Shown here: positions 60,482-64,000 of the stretch, one piece after another
Layout of the letters: the number at the start of each line of letters is the position of its first letter
How positions within the stretch are numbered: position 1 is the first letter of the stretch
Assembly: GCA_052327205.1 (NCBI GenBank)
Contig: CM126218.1
Location: forward strand, 54,126,001 to 54,190,000
Direction: 5' to 3'
DNA: 64,000 nt
Source: Somniosus microcephalus
Lineage: Eukaryota
Notes under the pieces: model-generated
Database searches by the model: none
The model's input: the letters and a program-made list of their open reading frames with translations, nothing else
What the model was told of the DNA's origin: nothing
Position numbers and translations under genes: made by a program

Positions 60482-62001
60482 CTCCTTTCCTGTACTTTCC
60501 TGCCCTCCCCCCACTGACCCCCAGCTCTGTATTTGCTTAAATGCTATTCATCTCTAACACCTTCCAGTTCTGATGAAGGAGCATCAAGTTATATTAGCCA
60601 TGATAAGGGGTAAGAATTCCTCTCTTTGTTATTTCTAACAAAATCATATACATATTGTTTTGTAAATGTATTTATAATTTTGTTACATAATACACAGAGG
60701 AAATGTACCCTCCCACACAGGCATCCCTTCTGAATCTTAAAGTGTAGGTTATAAATGTATGTTTTCCTTCCAGTACAGGAAACTTTCGTTTAACCGAAAG
60801 CTCTATCCACCGGCAAAATTCAGGAGTCGGTTCAAATAAGTTTTTTTTACTTCTCGTTGCTTTTTTTCTCCAGTCGTGGCTCTGCAAGGTCTAGCTGCTG
60901 AAGCTGTTGCTTAGCTACAGAGACATTTGCAAGCTACGCCGACTGTTTTGAAGCTGTTGCTAAGCAACAGGGTTTGTTGCTTCACACGGAGCTCAGAAGC
61001 TCCGTATGTTTTAACATTAGCGCTGGTTTCTCCGGCAGTTTTGATGGAACAGCAACAGCTCGGTCCCATCAGTGCCGGATACCAGAAAGTTTCCTGTATT
61101 TTGAAAACTTTTTTGTTGCACAAGCCTACTGTATAATTAGATATTTTGTCTCTCTGGCATATTCACCATTGTGGAAGTCGATATCGAGCGGTGCCCAATA
61201 TCAGGTGATTAAGTTTAATTGTTTCCAGCAGTGGCGTGTTATCCTGAGACACCGCCAGCAACCAACAGTTCTATATCTCCCAATAGGATCCATGGCAAGG
61301 TGGTCACAATGGTTACTGAGGTAAAGTAATGTTTCCCCATAACTATCACACTCTCCATGAGGAGTATTTCAGTATGTCTAGGGCAATGCGTACATATATA
61401 GTGTTGAATAAATATCTTTTTTTCTAAGAGCATCTCCGCTTAAAAAAAAGTGTAATCAAATAATGATTTTTGATTTATTCAGAAAATACTGCAAACTGCA
61501 GTGTTGTTTACATCATCAAGTATTTGCTGCCTGTCAGTTGTATAGGTATTATATAACTTCAGTGATCCCATCCTCATTTTGTGTTTTTTATGGAACTCAA
61601 TGTGCAGGGCCTCAGAATATTTTACCCTTTCAGTCAGCCAGCTGGGATGATCTTTGAGAATACTTAACTGCCTTTCACTCATCTGACTACTGCTTTCATT
61701 CTTCTATCTGTCCCAGTGAATTAATGTTATTCTATTGGGCATGGAAGGTTACATACCTCACTATTCCTCGTTTGTCAGTTGTACGACTATATTTAGTACA
61801 ATCAGACCTGCCATTCTGCACTCTCTGGTAAAGAAAATCCTGACTATCATACCTGATGTCTTGATCAGTCTGAAGCACCTGAGTCAACTTTATCTCTGCT
61901 TGTAGCTTCTGTAACTCCATTACTAGAGCTGCTAATTGCAATTTTATTGAAAGAAGCATCGACTGCTGCTATCATCCTGCTTCTACCTCTTTTGAAACTA
62001 T

Positions 62002-62668
62002 GGGGGGGAAATTGGCTCGCGCCCCCTTTGGGGCGATAATTTTGCCGGGGCGCTACTTTTAGCGCCCTGGAAAAGTTAGTACCCCCCACGCCTGAAATTC
62101 AATGGTAGCACCCCAAGCAGGAAGTGGGGCACTACTGGAAGCGCTCCCTCTCCCTCTTGGGGCACTCCCATTGAATAGAGCGGTGTTACGTGCAGCAGCG
62201 CCGCGCGCGTCGGCACGTAGCAGCGCGGTACTATAGGCCTCCCTCCCCTCATTAAAGGGGAGGGGTCTAGCGCAGCACGAACCGGGGCCCTGCTGGACCA
62301 CCGGGGAGCAGGGTGTCGGCAAAAGAACCCGGCACTCGAGGGGTGCCAGGCTGAGCGATCGCGGCCGGCATCCCACAGGAGGAGGCCAGAGGGGGCAGGT
62401 GCTGGAAGGCGGCCAAAAAAAATTGGCCACCCAGCACCTGCCCTTTAATTATTGCCGCCCCGGCCACAAAAATGCCCCCCTTACCCTGTCGGACATAGCG
62501 TCCAGCAGTAGGTCAGGGGACGCGAGCCAAGTTTGCGGCTGGGGCGCGAGCGGGGTTCTGCGCATGATGATGAATTTCGCGGGAGGCGTTAGCGGCGCCG
62601 CACCCGGGCACTAGTTGCTTTGCACCCAGGGGCTAACGGCAGGCGCAAAGCAACCGAATTTTTCCCCC
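62002..62668. mobile_element. GC-rich Harbinger-like MITE, inverted relative to 4515-5243
   Basis: TIRs ggggggaaattgg / ccgaatttttccccc; the internal sequence is collinear with the reverse complement of 4515-5243. Confidence 0.82.
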
Positions 62669-63199
62669 TTATAATTTGGTGAGTCATCCTTTCCACCTCT
62701 CTCATAGCCTTAACGTACAGTGGCTAGCCCTCCTAAATAGAAAGGTGATCATTTGGTTCACTGTTTTGCTCCAACTCTAATTTTGATGATCTTGTTATAG
62801 ATTACCCTTCAGTTGTCCACACCATTTGACCATTGTGACCAAAGTTTATCCTTGTCCAGTCTGTTGGGGCCTCTGCTCTCTAAGCTCCGGTAAGATTTAT
62901 GATCCTGGTGCCATGCATTCCATCATCTTCAAGATTTGTGCATCCAAACATATCAGCATACTATGCCTTCTCTTTAATCTCTTTCATTGCCAGTCCACAT
63001 TTCTTTCTCCTTGGAAATGTTGTTCTGTTTATCTTGTCCCGAAGAGAGATGATCCCTTTTAACTACTGCTCTATTGCCCTTACATCAGTTTTTCTAAAGT
63101 TACAGAAGCTACTGTTCACTCTCGAATTAGTTCGACCTTGAACATTATGACCGAATCCTTGATCTTTAGAGTGTTCTTTGGCTTGGCCATGGCACTAAT

Positions 63200-63440
63200 G
63201 ATTTTCTCAGCTATGGAACTCTGTTCTTGAACATTTTGGTCCAAAGTTATTGCTTTGGGCATCTCCAAAGCCTTTGACAAAGTCTGGCCCATGCACCATG
63301 AAACAATTTAGCATCATATGCATTCCTAACAAAGCTATGTTCAAGGCTATCTAGTTTCTTTACTCACTTTATCTGTATTGTAATTGATGGCTCTTCCTCT
63401 ATCTCTTTTTCCTTTCAGTCAGGGGTTTTCCAGAGCTCTG
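63200..63440 (+). mobile_element. Degenerate LINE reverse-transcriptase remnant
   Basis: gctttgggcatctccaaagcctttgacaaagtctgg (ALGISKAFDKVW), plus a remnant of the SGVPQGS motif downstream. Confidence 0.6.
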
Positions 63441-64000
63441 ATCTCCCTCCAGTTAGAGCAGATTGTGTTAAACTGTACATTGAGATGATCAAAGATGTTT
63501 CTTCATTGTTATGTCAGCGTCTACAATGTCTGTAACCATTGGGATGTTCTCTAGGAGTGCAAGAAGAACAAAGAGAATGTGTCCTTGGTCCTTAAAATAA
63601 CCTAAATTAAAAGTAAAAATAATCATCATGGATAACAATTCAAGCGACTAAATAAGTTTCCAATGTTATCCAGAAAAATGTCATCATTTGGAGGTATCTG
63701 AACACAGCCACAAATCATGGTTTTCTTTTGAGATGATGGACACAGATGTAACTGGTATGCTTTGTGGAGATCTTGCCATTCTAGGTTTGTTTTGTGTGGG
63801 TTTTCTCTCCAGTTAAACTGATGGAGGAATACATGAGGTGGAAGTAATCTGTACATGATCCTCAAGAGAGCTGAATCCCTCTAATTCACATGTACACACA
63901 TGTGCACACATGGTCAGGATTCAAACAAGTAAGCATTATCTTACAGTAGGTTCTTATACAATACTGGATAAACATTCCTCAAGAATAATACAGTAGTTCT

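Noticed and set aside
61229-61320. AG...GT-bounded segment that looks like an exon
   Set aside because: I could not match its translation to the expected downstream alpha2delta sequence (e.g. TDGGITRVYP).

Overview
Eukaryotic vertebrate genomic DNA, very probably a cartilaginous fish (shark): it carries an HE1/V-SINE, Deu-domain SINEs, CR1 LINEs and Penelope-type fold-backs. On the + strand the window lies inside a voltage-gated calcium channel alpha2delta gene (CACNA2D1-like). Ten GT-AG exons between 7768 and 46201 splice into one continuous reading frame, including the muscle-type 57-nt cassette (region A) and the NPKSQ alternative acceptor (region B). A candidate 12-nt GC-donor microexon (region C equivalent) lies at 43163-43174. 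The rest is repeat-rich intron. The most striking feature is at the left edge. A Mag-type Gypsy LTR retrotransposon on the - strand (LTR 2580-2815, tRNA-Ser-type PBS) has one uninterrupted ORF from ATG 2008 off the window start, missed by the ORF track. It encodes Gag (two CCHC knuckles) and an aspartic protease. Where reverse transcriptase should follow, it continues in frame into intron-less coiled-coil segments that resemble two host proteins, STK10/SLK and optineurin. Protein and repeat-family identities come from my recall of known sequences, not from a database search.
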